A DNA stretch of 64,000 bases, taken from assembly GCF_009914755.1 (NCBI RefSeq), contig NC_060932.1. One strand, 5' to 3'. Below are positions 1-18,685 of this stretch, one piece after another; within the stretch, counting starts at the first letter, position 1; the number at the start of each line of letters is the position of its first letter. The translations under genes and the position numbers were made by a program. The stretch is from the human T2T-CHM13v2.0 reference genome, Homo sapiens. A model generated the notes under the pieces. It had not been told where the DNA came from. It saw only the letters and a program-made list of their open reading frames with translations, and searched no databases.

Positions 1-4972
<4,972 letters not shown>

Positions 4973-7412
4973 AACTTTTTTTGTTTTGTTTTGTTTTTAA
5001 GTTCCAGGATACATGTGCAGAACATGCAGTTTGTTACATAGGTATACATGTGCCATGGTGGTTTGCTGCACCTATTGACCAGTCCCCTAAGTTCCCTCTC
5101 CTCACCTTCCCACCCTCTAAAAGGCCCTGGTGTGTGTTGTTCCCCTTCTGTGTCCATGTGTTCTCATTGTTCAACTCCCACTTATGTTCAAACCAAAACA
5201 TGTGGTGTTTGGTTTTCTGTTTCTGTGTTAGTTTGCTGAGGATGATAACTTCCAGATTTATCCATGTCCCTGCAAAGGACATGATTTCATTCTTTTTATG
5301 GCTGTATAGTATTCCGTGGTGTATATATACCACATTTTCTTTATTCAGTCTATCATTGATGGGAATTTGAGTTTGTTCCATGACTTTGCTATTGTAAATA
5401 GTGCTACAATAAACATATGTGTCCATGTGACTTTATAGTAGAATGATTTATATTCCTTTGGGTATATACCCAGTCATGGGATTACTGGGTCAAATGGTAT
5501 TTCTGGTTTTAGATCCTTGAGGAATCACCATACTGTCTTTCACAATGGTTGAACTGATTTACATTCCCACCAGCAGTGTAAAAATGTTCCTATTTCTCCA
5601 CAGCCTCACCAGCATCTACTGTTTCTTGACTTTTGAATAATTGCCATTCTGACTGGAATGAGGTGGTGTCTCATTGTGGTTTTGATTTGCATTTCTCTAA
5701 TGATCAGTGATGTTGAGCTTTTTTTCATATGTTTGTTGGCTGCAAAAATGTCTTCTCTTCGGAAGCGTCCATTTATTTCCTTTGCTCACTTTTTGATAAG
5801 GTTGTTTGTTTTTTCTTGTAAATTTGTTTAATTTCCTTATGAATTCAAGATATTAGACCTTTGTCAGATGGGTCAATTGCAAAAAATTTATCCCATTCCG
5901 CAGGTTGCCTGTTCACTCTGATGATAGTGTTTTTTGCTGTGCAGAAGCTCTTTAGTTTAATTATATCCCATTTGTCAATATTCGCTCTGGTTGCAATTGC
6001 TTTTGGCATTTTCGTCATGAAGTCTTTGCCCATGCCTATGTCCTGTATGGTATTGCCTACGTTTTCTTCTAGGGATTTTATGGTTTGGGGTTTACATTAA
6101 GCCTTTAATCCATCTTGAGTGAATTTTCATATAAAGTGTAAGGAAAGGGTCCAGTTTATGTTTTCTGCATATGGCTAGCCAGTTTTCTCAGCATCATTTA
6201 TTGAATAGAAGATTCTTTCCCCATTGCTTGTTTTTGCCAGGTTTGTTGAAAATCAGATGACTGTAGATGTGTGGTGTTATTTCTGAGTTCTCTGTTCCAT
6301 TCCATTGGTCTATTTGTCTGTTTTTGTACCAGTACCATACTGTTTTGGTTACTGTGGCCTTGTAGTATAGTTTGAAAACAGGTGGTGTGATGCCTCCAGC
6401 TTTGTTCTTTTTGTTTAGGTTTGTCTTGGCTATACAGGGTCTTCTTTGATTCTATATGAAATTTAAAGTAGTTTTTAATAATGCTGTGAAGAATGTCAAT
6501 GGTAGTTTGATGGGAATAACATTGAATCTACAAATTAGTTTGTGCAGTATGGCCATTTTCACAATATTGATTCTTCCTATCCATGAGCATGGAATGTTTT
6601 TCCATTTGTTTGTGTCCTCTCTGATTTACTTGAGCAGTGGTTTGTAGTTCTCCTTGAAGAAGTCCTTCACATCCTTGTAAGTTGTATTCCTAGGTATTTT
6701 ATCCTCTTTTTAGCAAATATGAATGGGAGTTCATTCATGATTTGGCTCTCTGCTTGTCTATTGTTGATGTAAAGGAATGCTTGTGATTTTTGCACATTGA
6801 TTTTGTATCCTGAGAACTTGCTGAAGTTGCTTATCAGCTTAAGGAGTTTTGGGGCTTAGATGATGGGTTTTCTAAATATAGAATTATGTTGTCTACAAAC
6901 AGAGACAATTTGACTTCCTCTCTTCCTATTTGAATACCATTTATTTCTTTCTCTTGCCTGATTGCCCTGGCCAGAACTTCCAATACTCTGTTGAATAGGA
7001 GTGGTGAGAGAGGGCATCCTTGTCTTGTACCAGTTTTCAAATGGAATGCTTCCAGCTTTTGCCTATTCAATATGATATTGGCTATGGGTTTGTCATAAAT
7101 AGAACTTATTATTTCAAGATATGTCCCATCAATACCGAGTTTCTTGAGAGTTTTTAACATGAAGGGATGTTGAATTTTATCAAAGGCCTTTTCTGCATCT
7201 ATTCAGATAATCATGTGGTTTTTGTCTTTGGTTCTGTTTATGTGATGAATTGTATGATTGATTTGCATATGGTAAACCAAACTTGCATCCCAAGGATGAA
7301 GCCAACTTGATCACGATGGATGAGTTTTTTGATGTGCTGCTGGATTCAGTTTGCCAGTATTTTATTGTGGATTTTTGCACAGGTGTTCAACAGGGATATT
7401 GGCCTGAAGTTT

Positions 7413-7446
<34 letters not shown>

Positions 7447-9347
7447 GTCTCTGACAGGTTTCGATACCAGGATAATGCTGGCTTTATAAAATGAGTTAGG
7501 GAGGAGTCCCTCTTTTTGAATTGTTTGGAATAGTTTTAGAAAAAAATGCTACCAGCTCCTCTTTGTATCTCTGGTAGAATTTGGCTGTGAATCTCTCTGG
7601 TCCTTGGCTTTTTTTGGTTGGTAGGCTACTAATTACTACCTCAATTTCAGAATTTGTTATTGGTCTATTCAGGGATTCAACTTCTTCCTGGCTTAGTCTT
7701 GAGAGGGTGTATGTGTTCAGGAATTTATCAATTTCTTCTATATTTTCTAGTTTATTTCCATAGAAGTATTTTTTAGTATTCTCTGATGATAGTTTGTATT
7801 TCTGTGGGGTCAGTGGTGATATCCCCTTTATCATTTTTTATTGTGTCTCTTCTTCTCTTTTTCTTCTTTATTAGTCTAGGTGGTGATTTATCTTTTTAAA
7901 AAATTTTTTCAAAAAAAAAAAAAAAAAAACCCAGCTCCTGGATTCATTGAGTTTTTGGAGGATTTTCTGTGTCTCTTTCTCCTTCAATCCTGCTCTGATC
8001 TTAGTTATTTCTTGTCTTCTGCTAGCTTTTGGATTAGTTTGCTCTTGCCTCTCTAGCTCTTTTAATTGTGATGTTAGGGTGTTGATTTGAGATTTTTTTA
8101 GCTTTCTGAGGTGGGCATTTAGTGCTATACATTTCCCTCTTTACTTTGCTTTTGCTGTGTCCCAGATATTCTGAGTCATTGTCTCCTTGTTCTTATTGAT
8201 GTCAAAGAACTTCTTGATTTCTGCCTTAATTTCATTATTTACCCAGGAGTCATTCAGGAGCAGATTGTTCAATTTCCATGTAATTGTGTGGTTTTGAGTG
8301 AGTTTCTTAATCCTGAGTTCTAGTTTGATTGCATTGTGGTCTGAGCGACTGTTTGTTATGATTTCAGTTCTTTTTCATTTACTGAGGAGTATTTTACTTC
8401 CAATTATGTAGTCAATTGTAGAATAAATGCCATCTTGCCCTGAGAAGAATGTATACTCTGTTGATTTGGGGCAGAGATTTCTGTAGATGTCTCTTAGGTC
8501 CACTTGATGCAGAGCTGAGTTCCAGTCCTAAATATCCTGTTAATTTTCTGTCTTGCTGATCTATCTAATATTGACATTGGGGTATTAAATTTTCCCATTA
8601 TTATTGTGTGGGAGTCCAAGTCTCTTTGTAGGTCTCTAAGACCTTGTTTTATGAATCTGAGCACTCCTGAATTGGGTACATATAAATTTAGACTAGTTAG
8701 CTCTTTGTTTTGAATCTTTGTTGGCTTAAAGTCTGTTTTGTCACAGACTAGGATTGCAACCCCTGCTTTTTTTTTTTTTTTTTTTTTGCTTTCCATTTGC
8801 TTGGTAAATTTTCCTCCATCCCTTTATTTTGAGCCTATGTGTGTCTTTACATGTGAGATAGGTCTCCTGAATACAGCACACAAATTGGTCTTAACGCTTT
8901 GTCCAATTTACCAGTGTGTATCTTTTAGCCCATTTACATTTATGTGTGAATTTGAACGTGTCATCATAATGCTATCTGGTTATTTTCCACATTAGTTGAC
9001 ACAGTTTCTTCATAACATTATTGGCCTTTATATTTTGATGTGTTCTTGCACTGGTTTGTAGCAGTTTTTCCTTTCCATATTTAGTGTTTCCATCACTAAA
9101 TTGCAAGGAGCTCTTGCAAGGCAGGTCTGGTGGTGATGAAGTCCCTCAGCGTTTGCTTGTCTAGAAAGGATGTTTTTTGTCTTTCACTTATGAAACTTAG
9201 TTTGGCTGGATATAAAATTCTGGGTTGAAAATGTTTTTCTTTAAGAATGTTTAATATTTGCCCCCAATCTCTTCTGACTTGTAGAGTTTCTGCTGAGAGG
9301 TCCGCTATTAGTCTGAGGGGCTTTGCTTTGTAGGTGACCTGGCCTTT
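4973..9347 (-). mobile_element. 5'-truncated primate L1 (about L1PA8-11), 3'UTR through ORF2 to C-terminal ORF1
   Basis: L1PA 3' end at ~5000; degraded ORF2 pieces ([25 protein letters not shown]); ORF1 piece (QPRILYPAKLSF); degenerate TSD at 4646-4658 and 9348-9360. Confidence 0.93.
7413..7445. repeat. (GTT)n microsatellite within L1
   Basis: Seen directly. Confidence 0.9.
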
Positions 9348-10870
9348 CCAGGCAGAGACTGTTTTTCTTTTCCCTTCCTTTCTCCCAACTAAGTGGAGTC
9401 TCTCACCTGTGCTGAGCCACCCAGAGTTGGGAGTGTGATGATGCAAGCACCCATGTGTCCACCAACACTTGGACTGCACTGGGTGGAACCTGAATTCAGC
9501 ATAGCTCTATGTCTTGCTCAAGGCCCTGCCCTTTAATATGGTAAGTTCCCCAGGCCCCAGGCACATCCAGGGATGTTTTCTGGGGGCCAAAGATTGGAGT
9601 CAAAAACCTTAGCAGTTTACCTTATATTCTATTCTACTCCATCTAAGCTGGCACTCACACCACAATACAGAATTCTTTCTGCTCTTTCTTCTCCTTTCCA
9701 TAAGAAAAGAAGCCTCTTCCTGTGGCCACCACCACCACTGACCCACAGGGGTTTTGTCAGGCCACTGCTGATGTTCGCTTGGCTCTTCTGTCAGCTTGCA
9801 GTGAATGCTGCCATGACTGGGACTCACCCTTCAGGGTAGATGCCTCCCTTCTGTCCCAGGATATGTCCAAAAATGCTGTGCAAGAGCCTTAGCATGGACT
9901 TGGGGACCCTAAAAGCCTTGTTGTTGTTTTACTTCATTGTGGCTGAGCTGCAGAGAATACGTTTTGTCACTCCTGAAGTCAGCGGCACATCTCAGATCTC
10001 AAGGGCCACAGCATACTCCCTGGGTATCACTGCTGGTTATTCAGGGCCCAAGAGCTCTTTAGACAGCAGGTGATGAATCTTGCCAGGATTGGGTCCTTCT
10101 CTTAAAGGCAATGGATTCATTTTTGGCCAAGGGTGTATCTAGATATATTGTCCAGGAGGAAGGGCCTGTAATGGGGACATTATGACTCTTTCTGGTGGCC
10201 TATCCTACTGTGGCTAAATTGGTACCAAGATGCAAGACAAAGTCCTCTTTACTCTTTGCTCTCTTCTCCTTAAGAAGAAGGAAGGCATCACTTTTGTTGC
10301 TGTGAATTGCAGTGCCTTGGATTGGGGGATGGATGATGTAAGCACTCCCTTAGTCATGCCAGTCGATATCTCTGAGGTCACGTGCTACCTTATTTCTCTG
10401 ACTCCAAGTGCAGCCTAGCACTAAGAGTTGCCTCCAAGTTGCAGTTTTTGTGTCCTAGACTGCCTTTCAAGTTTACATAGGACCCCAGAGCACTTCAGCC
10501 CACAGTGGTCAGGCTTGCTGAGAAACTTGGAACTTTATTCTCTGCTGTGACAGGGTAGCACTAAGTTCAATGTAAAGACCCCAGTCATTGCACTCGGCCT
10601 TCTGAAAGTGCAAAGAATCTCTCACTGTGCTGCCCAGCCACTGCTAGGAATGGGGGACGGGTGATGTTGGTGGTTCAAGACTGTCTCTGTGGCTCTTCTC
10701 AATGTCTCTTTTGGCAATATGAAGTTAAAACCAGGTACTGTAATCGCTCACCTGATTTTTTGTTCTTGTGAAGGTGCTTCTTCTGTGTGCAGATAGTTGT
10801 TAAAATCTGGTGTTCTAGTGGGGAGGATCATTGTCATAGGTTTCCATTTCACCATCTTGCTCCACCCCTC
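9348..10870 (-). mobile_element. 5'UTR and 5' terminus of the old L1 at 1-4658
   Basis: Resumes after the TSD; GC-richer; the terminus reads GAGGGGTGGAGCAAGATGGTGAAATGGAA on the minus strand, matching the canonical L1 5' end with a YY1-type AAGATGG core. Confidence 0.85.
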
Positions 10871-11139
10871 TCAAATTTATATAAAAATTTAAAAGTCATT
10901 TCAAAATGATTCTAAAACAATGTGGAAGAAATAACAGGCAATAATTATTATTCACCATACTGAGATTATCATATCAAGAATTTTATTGAAATTATTATAT
11001 TAACTTTACTTCTAAAAAATTGTAATTTTTAAAAACTATACTTATGGTTAAAGACATTATTTACAAAGCAAAAAGTAAAATAAGTTCAGAGAAAATTTCT
11101 CATCAAAAAATATTAAGAGAAGGATATCCTGTAATTAAG

Positions 11140-11395
11140 TATAATAATAATGGCAAACATTTATATAGCATGTTACATATACACAATTATAGTATACACA
11201 CATATTGATATGTAAGTGATTATGTGAATGTGAATGTACTACTAGCAACTTCTCTGAAAATTATGTACAGAGTTAGAGAGGAATAAATTTAAGTATAGAT
11301 AAGTTACTCATTCAAAGTCTTACAGGTCAAAATTGGTAGAGTTGGGACTTAAACACAGGTATTTTGGACTCAGTCTTTGTTTTTAGCCACTTTGC
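11140..11395 (-). mobile_element. MIR (degraded)
   Basis: MIR-like motifs AATAATAATGGCAAACATTTATATAGC and GGTAGAGTTGGGACTTAAACACAGG. Confidence 0.6.
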
Positions 11396-12570
11396 AATGG
11401 ATACATATATGCTAATAGCATATATTACCAAAACAATAAAAAATTAGAGCTCATCACTAACAGGTAAATTTGTCATATGGAAGAGGTATATCTCTACCAA
11501 AAGAAATATTTCCAAATTGTTTTGAGCAATGTCACTTATAGAAAATTTGTATATCTGTTCAAAATGATTACCCTGAGGAATGGCACTCACATGAATGTAG
11601 GAACAGAACTCAATTAGATGTATAATTCTTGGGTTTATTAAAACCATCTATCTCAAAAATCGTGTGTTGTTGACAGTTATCTTTGTATGTTCAATTGCCA
11701 TTACTGCAGAGTCAGTCCTCAATATGTACTTTAAAAATTGAAATGAGAGTTATTCTTTGCTCTTCTTCATTTTCCTTTTTATCTTCAAACATGTGTAGCA
11801 GTATTGAACAGAGATTTATTAATTTTTTAAAACTTAGGGCCAATATAAGGTTACAGGTGTCTTACTGAAAAATTTCTCCTCTAGTTTCACCCAGATACAG
11901 AAGCATAGCCACCATAAAATATTTTTTATTCCTGGTATTATATTACATGATTCATTGTCACTATGGGTATTTCAGTTTCCTACAGAATTACCACGGACAT
12001 TTAACCTGCACCTAACATTCAGTCTGCCATGTGCTGAAATGAAATGGGTGTTGATATGAAGACCAGGTTAGACTCAGCTATAAAATTTTAGCACCTTTTT
12101 TGATAACCTCTTCAATTACATTTTCTCAAAAGGCAACACTGAAGAAAAGCATGTTCTTATATAAAACATATATCATGATTCTATTCCTATAATATTTTTC
12201 TTTTAAAAATATTTTGATACCAGAGATTACTTACATTTTAATCATTAGAATTTCACTTAATATCCCTTTTATCCTAAATATTAAAACAAGTAAATCATTA
12301 TTAACCAAATAATGAAGACAATAGCAATTTTAGTTATGTTAAATAAAAATTATACTTATTAGCACATATATTTTCCCTTACGTGTATGCTGTTATAGTCA
12401 TATAAGTTTATCGTGATCAAATGTTTTTCAGTATCTATATTTTTTCCATAAAACTTATGAAAAATAAATCAAGTTAATAGTTAATAATCCAATTTTTTCA
12501 GAGGTTGATTCTGTTATAATATGCAAGTAGGAAGACCAGGGACTAACATCTTTTATGTGTTCTCTTAATC

Positions 12571-12716
12571 TGATCATCTTAATCTTAAAGCCAGATTCAC
12601 TGAAAAGCGAGAAGAAATAGAGTTAAATACAACAAAAATAAATGATCATCTTAATCTTAAAGCCAGATTCACTGAAAAGCGAGAAGAAATAGAGTTAAAT
12701 ACAACAAAAATAAATG
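12571..12716. repeat. Perfect 72-bp tandem duplication
   Basis: Identical copies start at 12571 and 12643. Confidence 0.95.
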
Positions 12717-13557
12717 TTTTTCATTTGGTATGGAGGGAGAATTACCAATGAGTGTGATGATTATGTATCTCTACTGATGAAAAATGATCCAGTGGTGAGG
12801 AGTGAACATTCTGGCAGGAAGCAGAAAGCAGACACATAACTCACAAACCAGACTGTGAGAGAGAAGCCCCTGAATAAAAATAAGCTTGGACATTATAAGT
12901 AGATGGCAGAGTGTGGTGGCAGAGGCTGCCGCCACTGTAGGAAGGGCAATGGCATCAGGGCTCTGAGCACATTTCATCTGCAGATACTAACAAGCCCCAT
13001 AAAATGTGAATGAATGTTTTGCTGTAGAAAAGTGATGGAATTATTTCCAGGAAGAATAATGGAGAGGCATTTTTAAATAGGAAAATATAGCTTAACTTTC
13101 TCCTCATGCATACTTAATAAAATGTGGACTTAGCTTGGCATTCAGTATGAATAAACTTAGAGAACTCATCTAATCTAATCTGTGTGCATATGGACAGCAT
13201 TAGGCATGTAAGGTAACTGAGGCCCAGAGAAGCTAAGTGGCTTTCCAAGGTCCTGAAGTTTAGTCGTGGCAAAGTTTAGACTAATGACAACACTTTTGAG
13301 ATATCAGATTATGTACACCTGTTTGCATTTGGATACTAATGTTCCATCTCCACCCTTTGATACAAATTAGAAATGTCTCAATTAGGAGATATATTTATAA
13401 TCTTCACTGTACTTTCATGTTCCTTAATTCAACTCCAAACATTTATTGCATGCCTAATATGTGTAACCAGTATGTTAGGAAATATAGAGTTAAAAGAAAC
13501 ACTGTCCCTGCACTGAAAAGAGTTCATAAATTAGTAAGAGAATGTAATATAGAAGTA

Positions 13558-13888
13558 CAGTCCTTGGTTGCTTAACAACAGGGATATGTTCTGAGAAACA
13601 TTGTTAGGTAATCTCATTGTCGAGTGAACATAGAGTGTACTTACACAAACCTAGATGGTATAGCCCACTACACACCTAGGTTATATGGTCCAGCCTATTG
13701 CCCCTAGGCTACAAATCTGTACAGCATGTTATTGTACTGAATACTCCAGGCAACTGTAACACAATAATAAGTATGTATGTATCTAAACATATCTAAACAT
13801 AGAAAAGATACAGTAAAAATACAGTATTATAATCTGTCCTATATGAGGCCTATTGTTGACTGAAATGTCATTATGGGGCATATAACTA
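13558..13888 (+). mobile_element. Tigger3a/MER7-type non-autonomous Tc1/mariner element
   Basis: TA|CAGTC start; AGAGTGTACTTACACAAACCTAGATGGTATAGCC core; degenerate terminal inverted repeat. Confidence 0.85.
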
Positions 13889-13904
13889 CACATCCAGTCT
13901 ACTA

Positions 13905-14222
13905 ATAGTGTGTCTCCAGACCTGCCTGATCATGAGACTTACTTATGATAAATCAAAAATACTGATTTATGTGTCTCTGTCTTGGAGATTCAGATTCTTA
14001 GGTCTGGGGTAGAGGCTTTTAACATTATTTAATAAAAATTCCAGTTGATTCTTATGATCAAGCAGTTTGGGGAACTATTGCCATAGTTCCCAGATTTGTC
14101 TGTACATTGGAATACCGAAAAAACTTTAAAAATTACAAATGCTTCTGTCCCACCCACCCCAATCCTAGAGATTATAATCCTACATTTGATTCTAAGATAC
14201 AAACAAGTTTGGAGACTACTAC
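13905..14222. mobile_element. Two adjacent MER5-family (hAT-Charlie) MITEs
   Basis: GGAGATTCAGATTC..GGTCTGGGGT, GATTCTTATGATCA..GTTTGGGGAACTATTG; second copy ends AAGTTTGGAGACTACT. Confidence 0.6.
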
Positions 14223-14291
14223 TTTACTATGCTGTGGAGATCTGGTACTCAAGGAAGGTGTCATAAAGTAAATACCATCCAGTATGTTCTT

Positions 14292-14443
14292 AAGCTAATA
14301 TATACTGAAAACATACAATGTTAGAAGCATTTTTCACATATTATGTCTTTTAATCTTCAAAATAAAAAAGCTAATATGTATTGAAAACCTACAATATTAG
14401 AAATATTTTTCATATATTATGTCTTTTAATCTTCAAAATAAAT
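14292..14443. repeat. Diverged 76-bp tandem duplication within a MIR-like remnant
   Basis: AAGCTAATA..TCTTCAAAATAAA copies start at 14292 and 14368. Confidence 0.9.
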
Positions 14444-16109
14444 CTATCAGGTTAACATGATTATTACCTGTATTTTATAGGTTAGAAAGTTTGTTTAGAA
14501 ACCTCATTCAAGCTCACAGAGTTTGAAAGTGACTAAGCAGGTACATAAAACTAAATTTGTCTGAAGTCAGAGCTTTAGCCTGTGTCATTGTGCCAGACTG
14601 ACTTTCAGATGCAGCTTGAAGGATGGAGAGGCTTGCAACTGACAGAAATGGTGATGGAAGACATTCCAAGGAGAGACATCAATGTCAGCAAGGGAGGAAG
14701 TGTGCTAAGCCAAGTTGGGAAGCTTGGCTCCAGATAACGGAGGACTTGACTTCATTGACTGCATGGCTAATTATCAGATGATTGATTGATTTACTCATTT
14801 ATTAATTCAGTATATTACTGTTTTATAATGACAAATATTATATATTTAAATTTTTTGAAGAATAATCACTATTTGATTGGATATCATAGGTTAAATACTT
14901 ACCTGGACTTTAGAAGTTAAATGTGTTTCAATTTTTCATTGGTTGTTTCTATGTAATGTAATGTTATAAAGAAGACATTAAGGCCCATGCCATAAATGCA
15001 GTCAGGGTGCTGAAAAGTGCTGAATAATCACTTTGGCTGGGACTTTAAATGACCAGAGATAATTGGTTTAAAAAAATACAGGGATCATGTTGGTTCTTCC
15101 TAGCCAGTGAGACTTTAGAGGTGTTTAGACTAAACAAATTGTGTTAACATTTATTCCAAAATAAAATGCTTCCAATAGGCAACGACTTTCCATCCAGAGC
15201 CCTCATTCTTCAGGACAATTTGAGTTATTCTGGTTATCAAAGAGAAAATGTCAGTTATCTAAAAATAGCTAATCTCTCTTTTCACAGAAAGTGGTTATCA
15301 TAAGACCTGCAGACAAAAGCAGCCACTGTAAAATAGTGAATATTTTGAGAGGTAGTGGAAGTATGTCTTAAAAGCTCTGAATCTTGACTATTTGAGTGAG
15401 AAGAGTTTCTTGGGCACAGAATCATTTTCTCTGTTGATTATTAAGTTGCCTTCATTTATATTAGTCGTGTGCATAGGGGACCTGTATTTTATCAATATCA
15501 ACAAGCCCTAAAATGATACAACAAAGTGACTCTATAAGATTACTTTTCCAATTATTTGTTTCTGTATAAAGGAATGAAATGTCCATGGTGTGATAATTTT
15601 AATGTTCAGTATCATATTCTTTAAAATCTAGAAATTTGTATGTGCATTCAATTGTTGTTTATTCATCTAACATATGTCTTTAAGTATCTGCAATGTTCCA
15701 GGCAGTGTGCTATGTGATGGGGACACAGAGCAAGCAAAAGAGAACATTTCCTATTCTCATCGATCTTACAATCTAGAGGGAAAAACTATCAAATGATCAT
15801 ACAAGCATATAACTAATACACGTTAAATGTCATCTGTTAAATTACATAATACAGACAATAGTATACTCATTAAAGAATTCCCAATTTAGTAGGAGAAATA
15901 TATTGCAATTGAACAGTTTTTTATTGACACAAAAATGACAAATAGATTTACAGTTCAGATTAGAGAGTCCAAATTTAAATTCATATCTATGTGGGGAACT
16001 TCATTTGTAATGAGAGTAGAATTAAAATCTACTAGGAAAATGTTGCTTTATTTACTGAATGTTCTTGATATGTTTTGTTAAAATTTTATAAAAATAACAG
16101 AAAACCACT

Positions 16110-16410
16110 TATGTATATATACATATATTAATATACGTATATGTGATATATGTATATATTACACATATCATATACATATATGTACACACATATATTAATA
16201 TATTACACATATTATATGCATATATGTGTATACATATATTTATATATGCATATATGTATATGTATATATGTATACACATATATAAATATATTTATATATA
16301 CATCTATATACATAGATGTATATAAACATACATGGCTTCCTGGTATTCTTATAAAATTTTAACATATATTGTATATGTTTATATGTATACATATATATGT
16401 ATATGTATGA
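16110..16410. repeat. (TA/TATG/TACA)n low-complexity tract
   Basis: Alternating purine-pyrimidine AT-rich sequence. Confidence 0.9.
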
Positions 16411-16930
16411 TATGAAAATGGCATAAGCAAAGGTTTGGAGACTTGAAAGATCATATCCAGAGAATAGTGAATAGGCTGAAGTAGGAGGAGAGTAGGTTAG
16501 AACTGTAAGGCATAGGAATAAAAGTTAGTTAGGGGACAAAACTTAAAAGGCATGGAATACCAAGGAGTCTGCAATTTGTTAGGCATAGCGAACCGTGCAA
16601 TGTTTTGAGTACAGAATGCCAGGATTATGTCTTCCTTTTAAGAAAGACAATTCCGGTGGATGTATAGAAGTCGGATTGAAATTGACTGTAGAGATGGATG
16701 AGAAGATAGACAAGGCACATGCACTAGTTAGGCAGCCGTTGTACTAATGCAGATGAGAAATAAAGAAGTTTGCCTCATTATGGAGAGGTGCTGAGAACAA
16801 AAAGGGCTAAAAATTTTCAAAAGTAAAGTAGAAAGGTTTCATAAATGGATTTGAATTGGGGGCGATCAAGAAAGGGTAATATAATAAAATGACTCTGAGC
16901 CTCCTAATGTAAATAATGGAGGGCAAGTTT
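16410..16930 (-). mobile_element. L2 remnant
   Basis: Purine-rich L2-like motifs (AGCAAAGGTTTGGAG, TGTTTTGAGTACAGAATG, AATGACTCTGAG). Confidence 0.55.
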
Positions 16931-18685
16931 GTCATAATTTCAGAAACAGTCTGGAATTTGAGCATGGAGCTCTAATGTAAAAAGGTCATTGGCTAAATGC
17001 CTGTTAGAAAGGATACATGGAGTATAAATTAATCTGCACACTTTATGTAATGTATAAACTACAAATCAATCCGTGTTTTAGCACCACATATAAAATATTA
17101 GTAAATGTAGGGAAACGTATAAGTCAAATTACCTATTTATGTAAGGTCACATGCAGCATTGTCTTTTTAGCACATTGTCTGGTACAGATTAAACAGCTAT
17201 GTAGAGAAGCTATGAGTATGAGGAGAGCTACAACAAAGAACCTCTTTTTTTAAGTCCAAGTAATGAGTATGAGAGCTACAACAAAGAATCTCTTTTGTCA
17301 AGTCCTTCTCTCAGTATCTCTAATAGATATTTGCTTCAATTATTTAATGGGAAAGAATAATGAGAAAAACATGTAAGGAGAGATATTTTTTGTAATTCTA
17401 GATATAGATCATTTGTTAAATGACATCAGTGAACTTAGTCAATGCTGAACTAATTTGTTATTTACAAAGAACTAGAAGTCGTTTGATCATTCAAAAGATG
17501 TATGCTAGATTTGTAGTTTTTTTAAGATCAGTTTTTAAAAAATCCAACCTGTCTCTTCAACCTAACAAATACAGTGAATGTAATTATAATAAAAAAACCT
17601 CCTCAGAAAAAATCATGTTAGTATGTTATGTGAAATCTGGGTAAAGTCAACTTAGTAACTAATGAAACTGCATTGTATTTATGTGAGTGTTTGCAAATAC
17701 ATAGCAGAAAGTCAAGTTTCACTGTGGATTTCAAGGAAGTTGCCACAAAGCAATCTCCCACAAAAATCTCTCAGCCAAGTTCTATGATGTCAAGTGTAAC
17801 AGACTCGATAATTGCATGTTTATCCAACATGGAGATAAGATGGCTTCTGATCTAGTGTTACACCAATAAAAGCATGTCATAGGTCAGCAAGAGCTGTTAA
17901 ATTAGATTAAGTACATGCTCCGTGTGTGTGAATGTGTTTATAAGCACACTAGCTTTATGAAACTGAAATCCCATCTATGCTATCATAGTTACCATAAATA
18001 GCCCCAAACTAGGCTTAATGAAGAGTAGTAATATTTCTATCTTGGATATGTTATAGTATACTTGAATATAAGGTATAACAAGATATTTTCAAGTTTTTGA
18101 ATATTAAAAAGATTCTTATTAATCACTGAACTGGCTGTTAACTTCTCACTAGGCAAAATGGAAATGTTTTAAGAAATAAAGGGAAAAGCAATCATTACTG
18201 AGCTGAAGAAAATAATTCAGCTTTAAAGCAAGTGATTCTATGAACTTAGGTTGTTTTACCACTGTGAATTGAAGATGTCTTGTTTGTTTCCACCTCTTTA
18301 ATGTATAATTGTGAAAGTAGTAATGCTTAAAATGTTTCCATTATAAATTTTCCCATTAACAAATTAATACAGTCTTATTAGACCACTAGATGCAATGTTG
18401 TTGATTTTTCATAGTAGAACTTAAAAGATATTCTAAGGTTGCTTCACATTCTTTACAGAACTCTCAAATATAGTGTGTTAGTTCTTCCTCAAAAATCTCA
18501 TAACCAAACTGGAGGTATTTGAGGCATCATGGAAGGCATGAGGCAAAGAAAATGGGACTCTGATCATTTATGTGGCTTTCCTGAAATAACACAGCAGTTT
18601 AAGTGACTTGACTCTTCAAATTGTTTCTTTTTGGGGGGATGAATTTTTGTAACCTGCAGAAAGAGACACTATCTCTTATAATGAT

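Noticed and set aside
9560-10230. Degenerate internal repeats in the GC-richer block
   Set aside because: Expected repeat units of old L1 5'UTRs.
15288-15360. Plus-strand acceptor and peptide KVVIIRPADKS, reminiscent of the Penelope-like RT motif IKPADKG
   Set aside because: Match is very short, there is a stop just upstream, the donor is weak and there is no further similarity.
16143-16362. Tyr/Ile-rich ORFs
   Set aside because: Translation of TA-rich low-complexity sequence.
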